Source of the DNA: Prasinococcaceae sp. CCMP 1430
Lineage: Eukaryota > Plantae > Prasinodermophyta
Direction of reading: 5' to 3'
Length of the DNA: 64,000 nucleotides
Assembly: GCA_013416795.1 (NCBI GenBank)
Contig: RQSC01000031.1
Span: 1 to 64,000 of the forward strand
The notes beneath the pieces were generated by a model, which searched no databases, had not been told where the DNA came from, and was given only the letters and a program-made list of their open reading frames with translations. Each line of letters opens with the position of its first letter. Within the stretch, counting starts at the first letter, position 1. Positions 10,544 to 23,566 of the stretch are shown here, in pieces. Made by a program: the position numbers and the translations under genes.

Positions 10544-11205
10544 GTGCAACGGCGCGTGCGTGCCTGTGCGCGTGAGGCCCGCCTCGGTCGGATGGGAGCC
10601 CGGCGGACGCGGCGCCACATCAGCGGCGTGGCGAGCGAGCTCCCCCGCAGCGAAGCTTCCGACCTGGCGGACCGACCCACAGATCGACCCGGCCAGCCCA
10701 GCAGCAGAGCAGACGGACGGACAGACGGAGAAGAGGGCGCTCGTTTGATCCACGCGTCGCGTCGCGTTGGGGCCGTTTGTGACTGGCTGATCAAAAGGGA
10801 GCTTCTTTTTTGAAGTGGGGCGATATTTCGTCGTTGGAGAACCCTAAGTCGGTGCGCGCGCGTCGCGGGGCTCGAGGGGGGTCCGATGCGATTTGACGTG
10901 TGAGAGTGTCTCCCGTGGGGGAGTCTTACGCGCGCGCGGGCGGGCGCTGCTGCTGCTGCTGCTGCTGCGGCGCTGCGGGGGCGGAGGGGGAGGGTGTGGG
11001 GGTGTGGGGGTGTGGGGGGCGTCACTGGGCGCGCCGTGCGTGCGTGCTGCCTGTTGGCGGGGGTGTGGAGGTGGGACGGAGGGCGAGCGCGGCGTGATGG
11101 CGGCGAGGGCGGCGGCGGCCGCGCGCGCGGCGCTCAGCCCGCGCTCGCCGCGCGCGCCCGCCCCCCGCGTGCGCGCTCCCGTCCGCGGCGCGCGCCACGC
11201 CACAG

Positions 11206-12151
<946 letters not shown>

Positions 12152-12447
12152 GCCGCGCCTCACACACACACCCCATGCGCCGTGCCTGTTGCGCGCGCGC
12201 GTGTCATTTTTACAGTTAAGGACGTCCTGATAATTGTTGGGTTGGTACACTCCTCAGCTGAAGCACCTCTTGCGCACTGCACGTGGCTGTGGGCACTGCA
12301 GACACGCGCGCGCGTCCCAGGGAGGCAATACAATCTTTGTACACACATGCGGCGCTAGGCATCGCACAGGTTGCACACGCGTCGGAAGCTTTGCCCCTTC
12401 CCCTCGCAGACGCGTGCTCGCCGGCGCGTGCGAGCGCCCGCTTGATT

Positions 12448-13473
12448 CTACTCCACATGCCCGCCGGCAGAAGCACGTGCGTCCGCCTCGGCCGCCGCCA
12501 CGGCCGCCGCTGCGACAACCGCGTCCTCGCGCGCAGCGGCGAGTGCGGGGGCAATCACGCTCTCCGATGCGCGTACGAGTGCGGCGGTGAGCTCCGACGC
12601 GCGGTGCACGCGCTGCACGGCGCCGCCCGACGCAGCCTGCGCCTCCGCAGCCTCCCTCTCCTCGTCGATGACCAGCCGAGCGAGCGGTGCTGTGCAGGGC
12701 GCGAATGCGGCACCAGGCGCGACCGCCGCGTCGGGCAGCACTCGCAGCGGCACCTCCACGTGCCCGGCCCCTCCCGCAGGATCCGCCGCAAAGCAGATGA
12801 GGTGCACACGTCCGGCGCTGACGCTGGCACTCGCCTTGCCTGCGGAGACCGAGCGCGCAGGGCCGGGTAGGCCGTCAGCCATGCCGTCACGCAACCAAAG
12901 CTGCTCTCATCGGGCGCGCTGGGCTCGGAAACGTCCACACGAATGCAGGCGCACGAGCATGCGCGACGCACCGTCAATGTGCGCGCCGCCGCAAGTTGGC
13001 AGGGTCGCAAGTACACCGTCTGCACGCGAGCTCGCTGCCGGCCCGCCGCGCGCGCCCGGGTGCGGCACTGCGTTGAAGACCGACGCTATGAGCGCAACGA
13101 AGCACGGTTCCATCTGCTCGTAGAGCTTCTGTGTGGCGACGTCCTGCCAGCTGGGCTGCACGGTGATGCGCGGGTGCGAGTGAAACCATCCGACGACGCG
13201 ACACCCCGCGGCCTCGGCCGCGGCAGCCGCCGCTGCGAGGCTGGGCGCATCGACCTCGACGCGATCCTCGCGTCGCTCCGCTCGAGGCTGCGGCACGATG
13301 GACCACACGCGCGCACGCGGCCCACCTATGCCAGCGCGCGGTGCCTCCTCAACATCGCCGAGCAGCACCGCCATGACCTCCTCTCGATCGGTCGTGAGCG
13401 CGTGCGCGAGAAGCGACGCGTACGCGCGGCGCGCGACCACCACCTCGCTCAGCGCCGAGTGACTCGTCACCAT
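12448..13473 (-). CDS. BRCC36: BRCC36-like JAMM/MPN+ deubiquitinase (exons 13473-13017, 12839-12448)
   Basis: HALTTDREEVMAVLLG, RREDRVEV, VVGWFHSHPRITVQPSWQD (JAMM HxHx7Sx2D). The spliced length of 849 nt is in frame. Confidence 0.88.
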
Positions 13474-14503
13474 CGCGTCTTCCGCCGACGGGCCAGCACG
13501 CCGCCGCTCGCCGCCACCGCCGCTCGTCGTCGCTGCCGAGCGCGCGCACGCGCACGCCACCGCGGCATCCCCTTCGCCTCCCCAATGCCAACTCTCCTAC
13601 AAGGATTCCACAAATATTGGATTCATTGCAATGGATTCCACACCTTTGAACACACAAACACAAGCATGCACGGCCAGCGCGCAGCACATTTTTCCCCATC
13701 GGGCGTGGAGGCGAAATCGTGATTGGGCGGGGGACTGGCTGCCGCCGTGACCTCAGTCGTGTGCGACGTCGGTTGTGATAGTGTGAAGATAGTTTCACAT
13801 ACGTTTTGACCACGCTGAGTTCATAGAGCCTTTCCTTTGCGCGGGGGGGGAAGGGCTGGCAGGCACATCAGACAGTCAGTAGTACTCTCTAGTCAGATGC
13901 CAACTACTCTCCAGACCAACTCAAAGCTTGGCCTGGCTAGCTACGATCGATCGATCGGTCGGTGCGTGTGGGTTGGGGCCTCCGCTGCTGCATGCCTGCC
14001 TGCCTGGACCCCCGACTGTCTCTGACCGACTGCCTGACTGACTGCCGCTGCGACCCGGCCGGCTGGTGGGGCGCGCGCGCGCGCGATCCCGATCCGCCCG
14101 GATCGGATCCGGGCGCGATCCGGGCGGCGCCTCGCGACCGAATTCCCCATCCTCATCATGATCAGTCAGTCATCCGCATGCGGGCTGGCGGGCGCTGGCT
14201 GGCTTTTGCTTTATTGTATGAGGTATGATTCGGTCGCGGTGCGTTCAGGTTGAATGTGACGCGCGGCGGCCGGCGGCCGGCCGGGCGGCGCGCGCGGACG
14301 CCGAGGCCGCCGAGAGGGAGGACAAGCTGCGGAGGACCGCCGAGCATCCTGCCGCATTGGGGCACGCCCCACGCCGCGCCCTCGCGTGGGCTCGTGCCGC
14401 GGCGCGATGCCTGGCGCTCCCCCGGGATGCGCCGCGCCATCCCCCCACCGTCGCGCGGCCCCCAGTCGTCGCGAGCCCGTGCTGACCTCTGCGCTTTCCC
14501 CAG

Positions 14504-14584
14504 GGTGTGTCCAAGGCCTTCGACGCGGCGTGGGAGTCGACCAACCGCGGCAAGCTGTACGCCGACATCCCGACACTCGGGAAG
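14504..14584 (+). CDS. Isolated 81-nt exon of an unidentified gene (GVSKAFDAAWESTNRGKLYADIPTLGK)
   Basis: CTGAC branch, pyrimidine tract and CAG before it, GTGAGC after it, strong GC3 codon bias. Confidence 0.4.
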
Positions 14585-15449
14585 GTGAGCGTGCGGCCAT
14601 ATCGTCCTCTGGACGCGCAGGCACTCGCTGGCTGGCGTGCGGGCCGAGACCAGCCCCTTTGCCAGTGTACATGTTTCGTGCGTGTCTGACCGTCGCCCGC
14701 AATTCTGGCCGGACCGCCCCTGGCCTGGCTTGCCTCCTCCCGCTTGTGCACGCGCCCTCACACCCTGGCGTGCTTCACCTTCCTGCTTGCTGGCGCCCCA
14801 CTACTAGTACGACCCCGATGCCTAGGCGTTGGCCAGCGGCGCCGCTGCGTAAGGCGCCCACCCATTTTTGTAGCTTCCCGCGGCAGTCGCGCGGCTCTCC
14901 GCCCACGCTGCGCCCGGCTCACCGCCCCGCGCTGCGCCGCCAGGCGCTCGGGCGCGCAACGCAGGGGCTCGCTCGCGCTCCACCCTCCGCGGCCACAGGG
15001 GCGCCGACGCCCGCGGCGCCCCTGGCTGCCTCCTGCCCCGCCCCACCTCCCCCAGCCCCCTCCTGCCTGAGCACAGCGCTGCCTCGCGCCCGCCTGCACA
15101 AGCTGGCACCGAGCCGCGCCGAGCGTCCATCAAAACGCATTTCGATACGTCAAAATGAATGCGTTTGTTGCGTTTCGTGCGTGTGCGCTGTTAGCTGGGC
15201 AGCGCAGTGGTGGGTGTCGGGGGGGTGTTGGAGAGGGGAGGGGGGCAGTACGAGGGGGAGGGGCGCCACAGCGCGCGCGCTCAGCGCCCAGCGCCCGACG
15301 GCTCAGCCTGAGGAGGAGCCCGAGCGGCGAGGCAGGGCGCTCGAGGCGAACGGCCGGCGCGCTCGGGGCCGCGCGTCGGCCCGCGACCGCGGGGCGGCGC
15401 CCGAGCGCGCGCGCGCGCGCGCGCAAGGGCACGGAGCCGGTGGCAAGCG

Positions 15450-17104
15450 ATGGCGCCGGCACCGGCGCCGCACTGTGAGCTGCTCGTGCTCCACGCAGAG
15501 CTGCTCACGATGCGCGGCGGCGGCGGCAGCGCAGCGGATTCGGCCGGCCTCGGCTACGTCGCGTGCGGAGGCCTTGCCGTTGACGCCGCAGGCGTGATCG
15601 TCGGCGTCGGAGACGCGCGCACGCTGCGGGAACGCTTCACCGCCGCGGTCACTCTCGACGGTGCGCGCGCGCCGTTGCGCGCGCGCGTGGCTCTTCCTTG
15701 ATGTGCGAAGCGCGGCGCGACCATCCTCGCTAGCTTCGAGCTGCGGGCGCTAGTGTCTGACGCGCGCAGGACCGCACGCGCCGTCGTCTGCGTGCAGTGA
15801 GCGGGTGCGTCGTGATGCCGGGTCTCGTCGATGCGCGCCTTGAGTCGCGTCACTCCATCAGTCGCGCGGCCGCTGGCGATGCTGAACGCGATGGTGTAGA
15901 CCCGCTTCCGCACAGCGCAATGCTCTGCGGCGCGCAACTCGCTGTGCTCGAGGGCTTGCGCGCAGGCACGACCACGTTCTGTGACGCCGGGCCGCCATTC
16001 CTCGGTTGGGCGGAGACGTATGCCGCCGCGGGCGCGCGCGCATGCCTGGCAGTTGATGTGAGCGCAGGTGGCGCCGGGCAAAGCGGTGGAGGGGGGGCGC
16101 ATGCAGGTGCGGCTGACGCAGCGGCCGAAGCTGACCTTCGGACGGCGGCGTCGTTCGCTGCGCAATACCATGGCAGTAGCGGCGGGCGTATTCAGTGCCA
16201 GCTTGCCCCATGTGCAAGTGCGTGCACTCAGGCACAGCTCAACGTTGCCGCGCGTGCTGCCAAGGCGTACGGAGGAGGGCTGCACGTGGCCGTGTGCGCG
16301 CCCGATGCGGAGGTCAACCTGCGCAACGATGCATTGCACGCTCAAGTAGCGCGGCCGGTGGGGGCACTCGACGCGAGTGGGGTACTGTCGCCGACGCTTT
16401 TGGCAGCGCACCTCACACGATGCACTGTTGAGGAGGCAGCCACGGTTGCGTTCAAGAGCGGGCGCATGGTCATTTGCCCAACCCAGGCCGCCATTGTGGA
16501 CGGGAACATCGGGCCGGTGAGGGAGTTCCGAGCGGCAGGGGGCGCGTGCGGTCTGGGAACCGGCGCAGCGAGCCACGGTTGCGGACACAATCTGTGGAAC
16601 GAAGCGCGCGCGGTGGCCCTGGCGGCGAAACTTGATGCGCGAGATGGCTCGGAGGCGCCCGCCACGGACGTCCTGCGAATGGCAACTGTCGAGGGCGCGC
16701 GCGCGTTGGGCCTAGCGGACAGGGTTGGCATGCTCGACGTGGGCATGCAAGCTGATTTCATCGTCCTTCGGCTGGACTCGCCCTCCCTGCTGCTTTCGCG
16801 ACCTTTGGCACATACGATGAGAAGTGACGAGGGCGTCAATGGCAGCCGGGGAAACGGAGAGGGACGCCGCAGCAGCGAAGGCGGTTCTTTGACGCCGAGT
16901 GCGGTGATCGAGCGCGAGCATGCGCGCGCGGCGCTCCTCGCGCGCGCGATACTGTGGAACGCTGGCGCTGAGAGCGTGTCGCACGTCTTCGTGGCGGGAA
17001 AGGTGGTGAAACGCTGCGGGAGCGTGCTGACAATGGACGAGGGCAAGGTCATCACCGAGGCACAGCGGCAGGCAGACAGGCTGCAGCAGTCGCAGACAGT
17101 GTGA
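15450..17104 (+). CDS. Amidohydrolase-fold protein (MtaD/GuaD/AtzA-like) with degenerate metal ligands (exons 15450-15660, 15798-17104)
   Basis: VVMPGLVD, GTTTFCD, MVICP, DVLRMATVEGARALGLADRVGMLDVGMQADFIVL, VSHVFVAGKVV. Confidence 0.82.
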
Positions 17105-17158
17105 CTTGTAATGTTGTACATACATAAGTGTATTTTATCTGCCATCAGCACATGCTGC

Positions 17159-18651
17159 TCATTCGCCGTCCGACGAGAAGTCCTCCATGTCCAGCGGCGG
17201 AGGGAGGTTGCTGGCGACCGCGCCACTGCCTGAGGCACCCCGCGCGCCGGCTCCGTCATCACCGGCAGTCTCGCATGCCATCATCTCGGGGTACACGAGT
17301 GGTACCGACGCGTCTCCGTCCATCAGCGCGCGCGCGTTGGCCACGACGAAATGCACGCACTGGAGCAGCGTCGAGCGTTCCTTGCGAATCTCGCTGGCAA
17401 GGAGGCGTTGCAACAAAGTGTAAGGGCGCGGCTTGCTCCCAGCCTGCTGACCTCGCCCGCCGTCGCGCCCGCCACGGCCGCGCCCGCGGCCGCTGAGTGC
17501 ACGCGCGCCGCGCAGGGTGAGACGTCGTCAGTGGGCGCGCCGACACGCCCGCACGCGCAGGCACGCACGAAGCTTCGCGAGGGAGGGCGCGAGGGAGCGC
17601 GCGGACGCAGCAAGCCCGCGACGTACCCGTTGCCCCTGCCGCCTCGACCACCGCGGCCACCTCTCCCACCTCGACCCGCCAGTGGCTGGCGCTCGGTCGT
17701 GGCTGCAGTCGCCGTCGCGGGCAGCTCGCCCTCCTCCGATTCGGTCACCGGCGGACCCGTCGGTGCCTCGCCCGGCGGCGCGTCACTGTCCGAGTCGGAG
17801 CCGTCGCTGCCGTACGAGCACAGCGCGGCCAGACCTGCCGGCTTCGCGGTCGTGTCGGCCTCCTTCTGCGCCCTTGCGCGTTTGTCGTCGGGCCCCGTCA
17901 GCTTCTGCTGCTGCTGGCGCTGCTCGAGCGCCCTATGCTTGTGTTTGCTCTGCTGCTTGTGTTCGCCACGCTCAGAGCGCTCGACCCATCGCACGAGATT
18001 GTCGTCCCCACCCCCGACGGCGATGCCCAGGGCGCGCTGCTGCTCGAAGACGCGCCGCAGCTGCTGCATGCGGCGGCGCTTGGCATCCGGGCCGGTGTCA
18101 CCGCCGCCACTGCTGAGCGCGCCCGCGGCCTCGGCGGCTCGCGCCTCCGCCTTGCGCTTTGCCGCCGTCGCGGCGGTGGGGTAGTTGCGCTTCCTCTCGT
18201 CGCGCCACCTGGCGACCTCGACCGGGTCCTGGCGCGCCGCGAGCTTCTTGAGCGCCGCCGCCTCCGCATCGGTCCCGCCGCCGGCGCCCCGATGAGCGTT
18301 CTTGCGATGCTCTTTCAGCGCGTGGCCGCTCGCCTCGAACGTGCAGCCATCGACGCCGCACGGCTCGTGCGTGCGCACGTGCGACGTATACGCCTTGGCC
18401 GAGGTGAAGTCGCGGTCGCACGCGTCGCAGCGATGCGCCCGCTGCTGCTGCTGGCGCTGCTGCTGCTGGCCGTGCTGCCACTGCCGCTGGCCGTGCGCGT
18501 GCTGCTGCTGGTGTGCCGAGTACGCGTATGCGCCGCCGTACGCGCCCGCATGCGGCAGCCCGTGGTGCGCGGGGCCGGCGCCCGCTCCCGCATACACTCC
18601 ATGCGCCTGCGCTCGCGGCGGCCGGTAGAGCGCCGCGAGCGCGGGCGCGCG
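17159..18651 (-). CDS. NUFIP1: NUFIP1/Rsa1-like snoRNP assembly factor (exons <18651-17627, 17492-17159; start in gap)
   Basis: Two C2H2 fingers (CDACDRDF..YTSHVRTH; CGVDGCTF..EHRKNAH), EVARWRDERKRNYPT, RGG tract, C-terminal LLQRLLASEIRKERSTLLQCVHFVV. Confidence 0.82.
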
Positions 18652-18769
18652 NNNNNNNNNNNNNNNNNNNNNNNNNNNNNNNNNNNNNNNNNNNNNNNNN
18701 NNNNNNNCCCCGCCGCGCGGGCGCGCGGGCGCCCGCCGGCGTGGGCGTGGGTGCGGGCGCGCTTCTCTC

Positions 18770-18800
<31 letters not shown>

Positions 18801-18974
18801 GTCTGTCTTTCGCGCGGCCGCCCCCCGCGGCGGCCGCGGCCAGCGCGCCCGTGTGCAGCGCTTCGCTCTGTTGACCGCTGCCGTAGCTCAGGTCGGCACG
18901 CAGGCAGCGAGCGCCCCTCTGCCCTGGCAGAGAGGGGCAGCCGTGGTCCCTGAGGCGCGGGGCCCGCGGTGAGG

Positions 18975-21900
18975 ATGGGGATTCTCCGGAAAAAGAAGGG
19001 CGGCAAGGCCAACGGTGACGCGGCGGGCGGCAGCAGTGCGGACGGCCCAGCGCTCGCTCCGGATGGCGCCCGACGCGGCAAGCGAAAGTTCTCCATGGTG
19101 CGACGTTTGCAGCTTGTCGCGCGCTCTACTGCGCTCGCGCGCTCGCGCGCGAGCGCGCGTTGGCGCTGCCACTTGCTTGCACGCCGCGTGTCCAGCCGGC
19201 CGCCGTCGCGCCCCCGCAGGCGCCACAAAACATAGCCGCGCATGCACACGGCCTCTGCTGACAGCGTGCTCGCACCGTGCCCGGTGAAGGGCGACCACAT
19301 CGCCCCCGACGAGGATGCTGCGATGGATTTCTACCGAGCCAACCACGCGTTCGTCACAATCGACGGTGAACCGCAGCTGCTGCCCATGTGCATAGGCAAC
19401 GCCGACCTGGGCGCGCACTTCGGCACAGGGGTCGCGTGCTACTTCCTCGCGCTGAAGTGGCTGCGCAACGCCATGTTGATCATGTTCCTGGTCAACCTGC
19501 CCGTCATCATCATCAACAACGCCGCCAAATATAAGTCGAGCATCTCCTTGGTGGTCGACGCCGCCAAGTGCGCCAGCGCGCAAATGGATGAAGCCACAGG
19601 TGCTGGTGACGGGTCCAACGAACCAGACGCAGAAGAAGAGGCAACAATTCTGGGCGACTCCTCGGTGGATGATGCTGCCCTGCAGGACGCCTGTGAGACC
19701 GCCAACGGCACTAGCACGTACAGCGAGTTGATATCGACGGCGTTGGACACGTTCACGCTCGAGAGCACCACCTTTGCGCTCTTCGACAGGCCAAACCCCA
19801 ACGCAGTCATCCCGGAGTGCGCGGCGGAGGGAGTCGAGTGCCCCGAGATCGTTCAGTTTTTTGGCTACGAGGCCACCAAGGAGGACGTCCTGCTCGGCGC
19901 GGCGCTGCTCGACACCCTCGCGACCTTATTCTTCATCGTCCTCACGGCAGTGTTTGCAGCCAAGATTCGTTCGCTCGTCAAGAACGTCGACGAGGACGTC
20001 ATCGAGATCGCCGACTACACGGTGTACGTCAAGGGGCTCCCGTCCAATGTGGCCGACCCTGAGGAGGTGCGGTGCTTTTTCGAACTGAAGTTTGGCAAGG
20101 TTGCCGACGTTCAACTCGCCAAAGCAGACGGCCCACTGCTCAAACTTTACTTCTCGCGCGGGAAACTGAAGCTCAAGCTGGACCGCATGCTGGGCAAGTT
20201 GGCCGACAAGGGCAAGGACCCAACGCCCGCATGCGACAAACTGGCTGACAAGATTCAGAGGCTGGACGCGAGCATCACCAAGCTGCGCGCACAAAAGTCC
20301 TTCAAATGCGTTGGCGCATTCGTGACGTTTGAACGCGAGCACTCGTACATGCGCTGCCTGAAGCAGTCGCCGCGTGGGTATATTGCCCGCATGAAGCTCA
20401 AGCCAGAGCACAGATTCAGGGGCGAGCACACCTATGTGGTGACGCCTGCCGACGCCCCCACAAACATCCTGTACGAAAACCTTGATGTTGGGGAAAAGGA
20501 ACGCCTCCTTCGCCGTTGCTTCACCAACGTGGTGTCGATTGGCCTTCTGCTGATCTCGTTTGCTGTCATATACGCCCTCACCGAGCTCCAGGACCAGCAG
20601 CAGGACACGCAGCTGCGGCTCCGCGCGTACTCACAGTACTACACCGGCACGCTCGGCTACGAGTGGAACGCCGACGAAGCGCAGGAGAACGCCGACTACT
20701 ACAATGCGTGCCCGCAAGTCAAGGAGGTGAGCTCGTGCAGCGCACAAGCGCGGGCGGTCGCGCCTGCCCGCCTGTGATTTTCGTGTGAGAGCGCACCCGC
20801 CCGCGTGCGCGCATGCGCGCCCGACCAAGTCGGCTCCTGACATCGCCAGCGCATGCGCGCCCATGCGCGAGGCAAGGACTGTGAAGGCACCCTCGGTGCG
20901 GACGAGGCGCACTTCACCGCGGGCGTACTCTTTGAATTCCCCGAGAATCACGGGTTCCTGCGCGCATTCACACCGCAACGCGCAGCCAGCAGTCCGGACG
21001 CCACAGCGCTCGCGGACGACGAGCTTGCGATGCACCGCGATGATGCTCTCCTCACCCTCGTGTCCAACTACGAAGGCAGCCTCGCCGGCAAGGATGCCCT
21101 GGCAATGTGCTACGACTGTTACTGCAGAGATATCCTGACGAGCAACGGCACGAGCGTGCTGTTGAACGACCAGTACCGCACCGAGTGCTACAGCGTGTTG
21201 CAGAATGTGGTCAAGCAGATGCTCGCGACATATGGCGCGCTGGTGGGTGTGGTGGTCGTCAACGCGCTCTTGCGGGTGCTGCTACAGGCCATCGTGGCGA
21301 TGGAGGGCCACGAGACCCAGAGCAAAGTACAGAGCTCCATTTTCATGAAGATCTTTGTAGCACAATTCGTCAACACGGCGATACTCACGCTCGTTATTAA
21401 CGGGCACGTCGAGAGTGTGGTAACGCCTATTTCTGTTGGAACTGTGTCCGTCTTCGACGGCACGTACCCCGACTTCAACAAGGAATGGTACAAGACGGTC
21501 GGCATCCAGACGCTGCTGACGCTTTTGATCACTGGCCTCCTTCACGTGTTTGCTTCGCTCGGGGTGGCCTTCCTGGCGGTGATGAAGCGCTCCTTCTGCG
21601 TTCGGAGGAAGTACTTCACACAGCTCGAGATGAATGAGGCGCACCTTGGCCCGGAGTACCGCTTCGCCGTGAAGGTGAGGACCGCGCTGGACGCCAGGAG
21701 CGAGGGTCAGTATGGGCCCTCGTGCGCCCGCCCGTCGCTTTGAGTCGTACGCGGGCGCCCACGTCGTTACGTGCGAGCTAACACGTGTGCCTGCATGCGC
21801 ACACGCCGTCTCGTGAATCCCTCACTCCGCAGCATGCTCAGATGGCACTCCTTCTGATGCTCACTATGACTTACTCGAGTGGAATGCCACTCATGTACTT

Positions 21901-23128
21901 TTTTGCATTCATTGGGTTTGGCCTGGCGTCATGGGCCGAGCGCGCGTGTCTCTTCCGCACCTGCAGAATGCCGCCACGATATGGCGAAGAATCGGCCAAG
22001 TTGGTGGTGGGCATGATGATGACAAGCGCGATGTGGCACATGTCATTCGGCGTGTGGATGCACTCGTACTTCGAGACTAGGCGCGTCGACGAGGTGGCAG
22101 GGTCGCTCACGGAGAGTCTGGGCATCGGGACCGGCGTGGCCGACACGGTCAACTCGCTTTCGCAGTATCGCGAGAGCCTGGGCATTGAATTGGACAGGGA
22201 GGCAGCGGAAGTCACCCTCGATAAGATGATCGGGCGCGCGTTGCAAGTCAATGGCTTCCCGCTCTTCTTGTTGCTTCTTTTGTTTGTCGTGCTGCGTTTC
22301 GTGCTGGTGGAGCTCGTGTTCGGCACGCTGGGCGTTTTGCTCCGCCGAGTGGTGTGCTTCTGTAAGGAGCAGGAAGCCGAGGAGGTTGATTACGAGGGCT
22401 TGCCGCCCTTCTCTGAGGCCAAGGCAGGCGGCAAGACCCATGGTCTGGCCACGTACGACTTGCGGGAGCATCCCAAATACAAGGCAGCTTTCTACGAGAC
22501 GACCGAGGACGTCATAGAAAAAGAGGGTGACGTGGGCCTCGACGAACTCACCAACCTGATCACATCAAGTGCGTGCGCATGCGCGCGCGAAGCGCTACCC
22601 TGCACGCGCGGCCTTTGTTTCTGCTGGCATTGGCGTCTGCACATTGGATGCCTGCTCATTGTGCGCCTTCCTGCATGCGTGCGTGCGCGTGCTCTTGGCA
22701 TGATTAGCGCACATGCTCGCGATGCTGACTGCCTCGTGCGATTTCCGCCTGCAGGCCAGCCACGTGCCGGCGGGCCGGGCAACGGGCGTGGGCGGGGTCC
22801 AGGGGCCTTTGGCATGGGCAGCGGTGGCGGTGGCGGTGGCATGGGCATGGGCATGGGGATGGGCATGGGCATGGGCGCACTAGATGCGCCTCACGGCATG
22901 CACATGGGCGATTACGACGGCGGCTACAACGGCGAATACGACGACGGCTATGGTGCGCATGGCGGTCGAGGTGGTGGTAGGGGCCGGGGCAGAGGCCGTG
23001 GTCGCGGCCGTGGACGAGGGCGCGGTAGGGGGCGCGGTCGCGGGCGTCAGAGGCCTGCGGTTCCTTTCAACGGCTGGGGCGACCGACGAGACGCGTACGC
23101 GCCGTACCCATACGACGGGTACGAGTGA
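18975..23128 (+). CDS. OSCA/TMEM63 (CSC1-like) mechanosensitive or Ca-permeable channel, 5 exons (about 18975-19097, 19290-20726, 20877-21674, 21833-22568, 22755-23128)
   Basis: Multi-TM; DYTVYVKGLP, AFVTFE, APTNILYENL, IFVAQFVNTAIL, TYSSGMPLMY, RMPPRY; RGG-rich tail. Confidence 0.75.
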
Positions 23129-23566
23129 TCGCCATGTTCGCGCTCGCGCAGGTATTCATTTGAATTTCTCTGAATAACGAAAATGTTGTACGCGGGCGCG
23201 ATTGGCGCGAGGCAGGCGCGCAAGCCGGTGGAGATGGGCTGGGCATTCGGCTAGACGTCTGGGACGCTGCCTAGCTCAAGATGCTTCGAAGTACTTCGGT
23301 GGGGAACACTGGGGATTGGTGGGTGAAGTTTGGGGCTGCGGGTGGGGTGGGTTCGGCGCGCCGTCCGCGGCGCGCGCGCGCGGGGTGGGGGGGGGTGGGG
23401 GGGGGGGCACCCAACCCCCGTCTGCGTCACCTATGGTACTTACGAGGCGGGAGCGCCGGCTCGTTGGTCGCGGGCCGGTGACGCTAGCGGCACGCCGCGC
23501 ACGCACACACTTTCCTGGCCTCTTTGCGGGTCAGATTCAGGGCGTGACCGAGGTGATCGGCCGGTT

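Noticed and set aside
13940-14130. GATC-rich palindromic stretch as a structured RNA or tRNA
   Set aside because: Short simple repeats (GATC, GCCT, CTGA) with no cloverleaf or known ncRNA motif.
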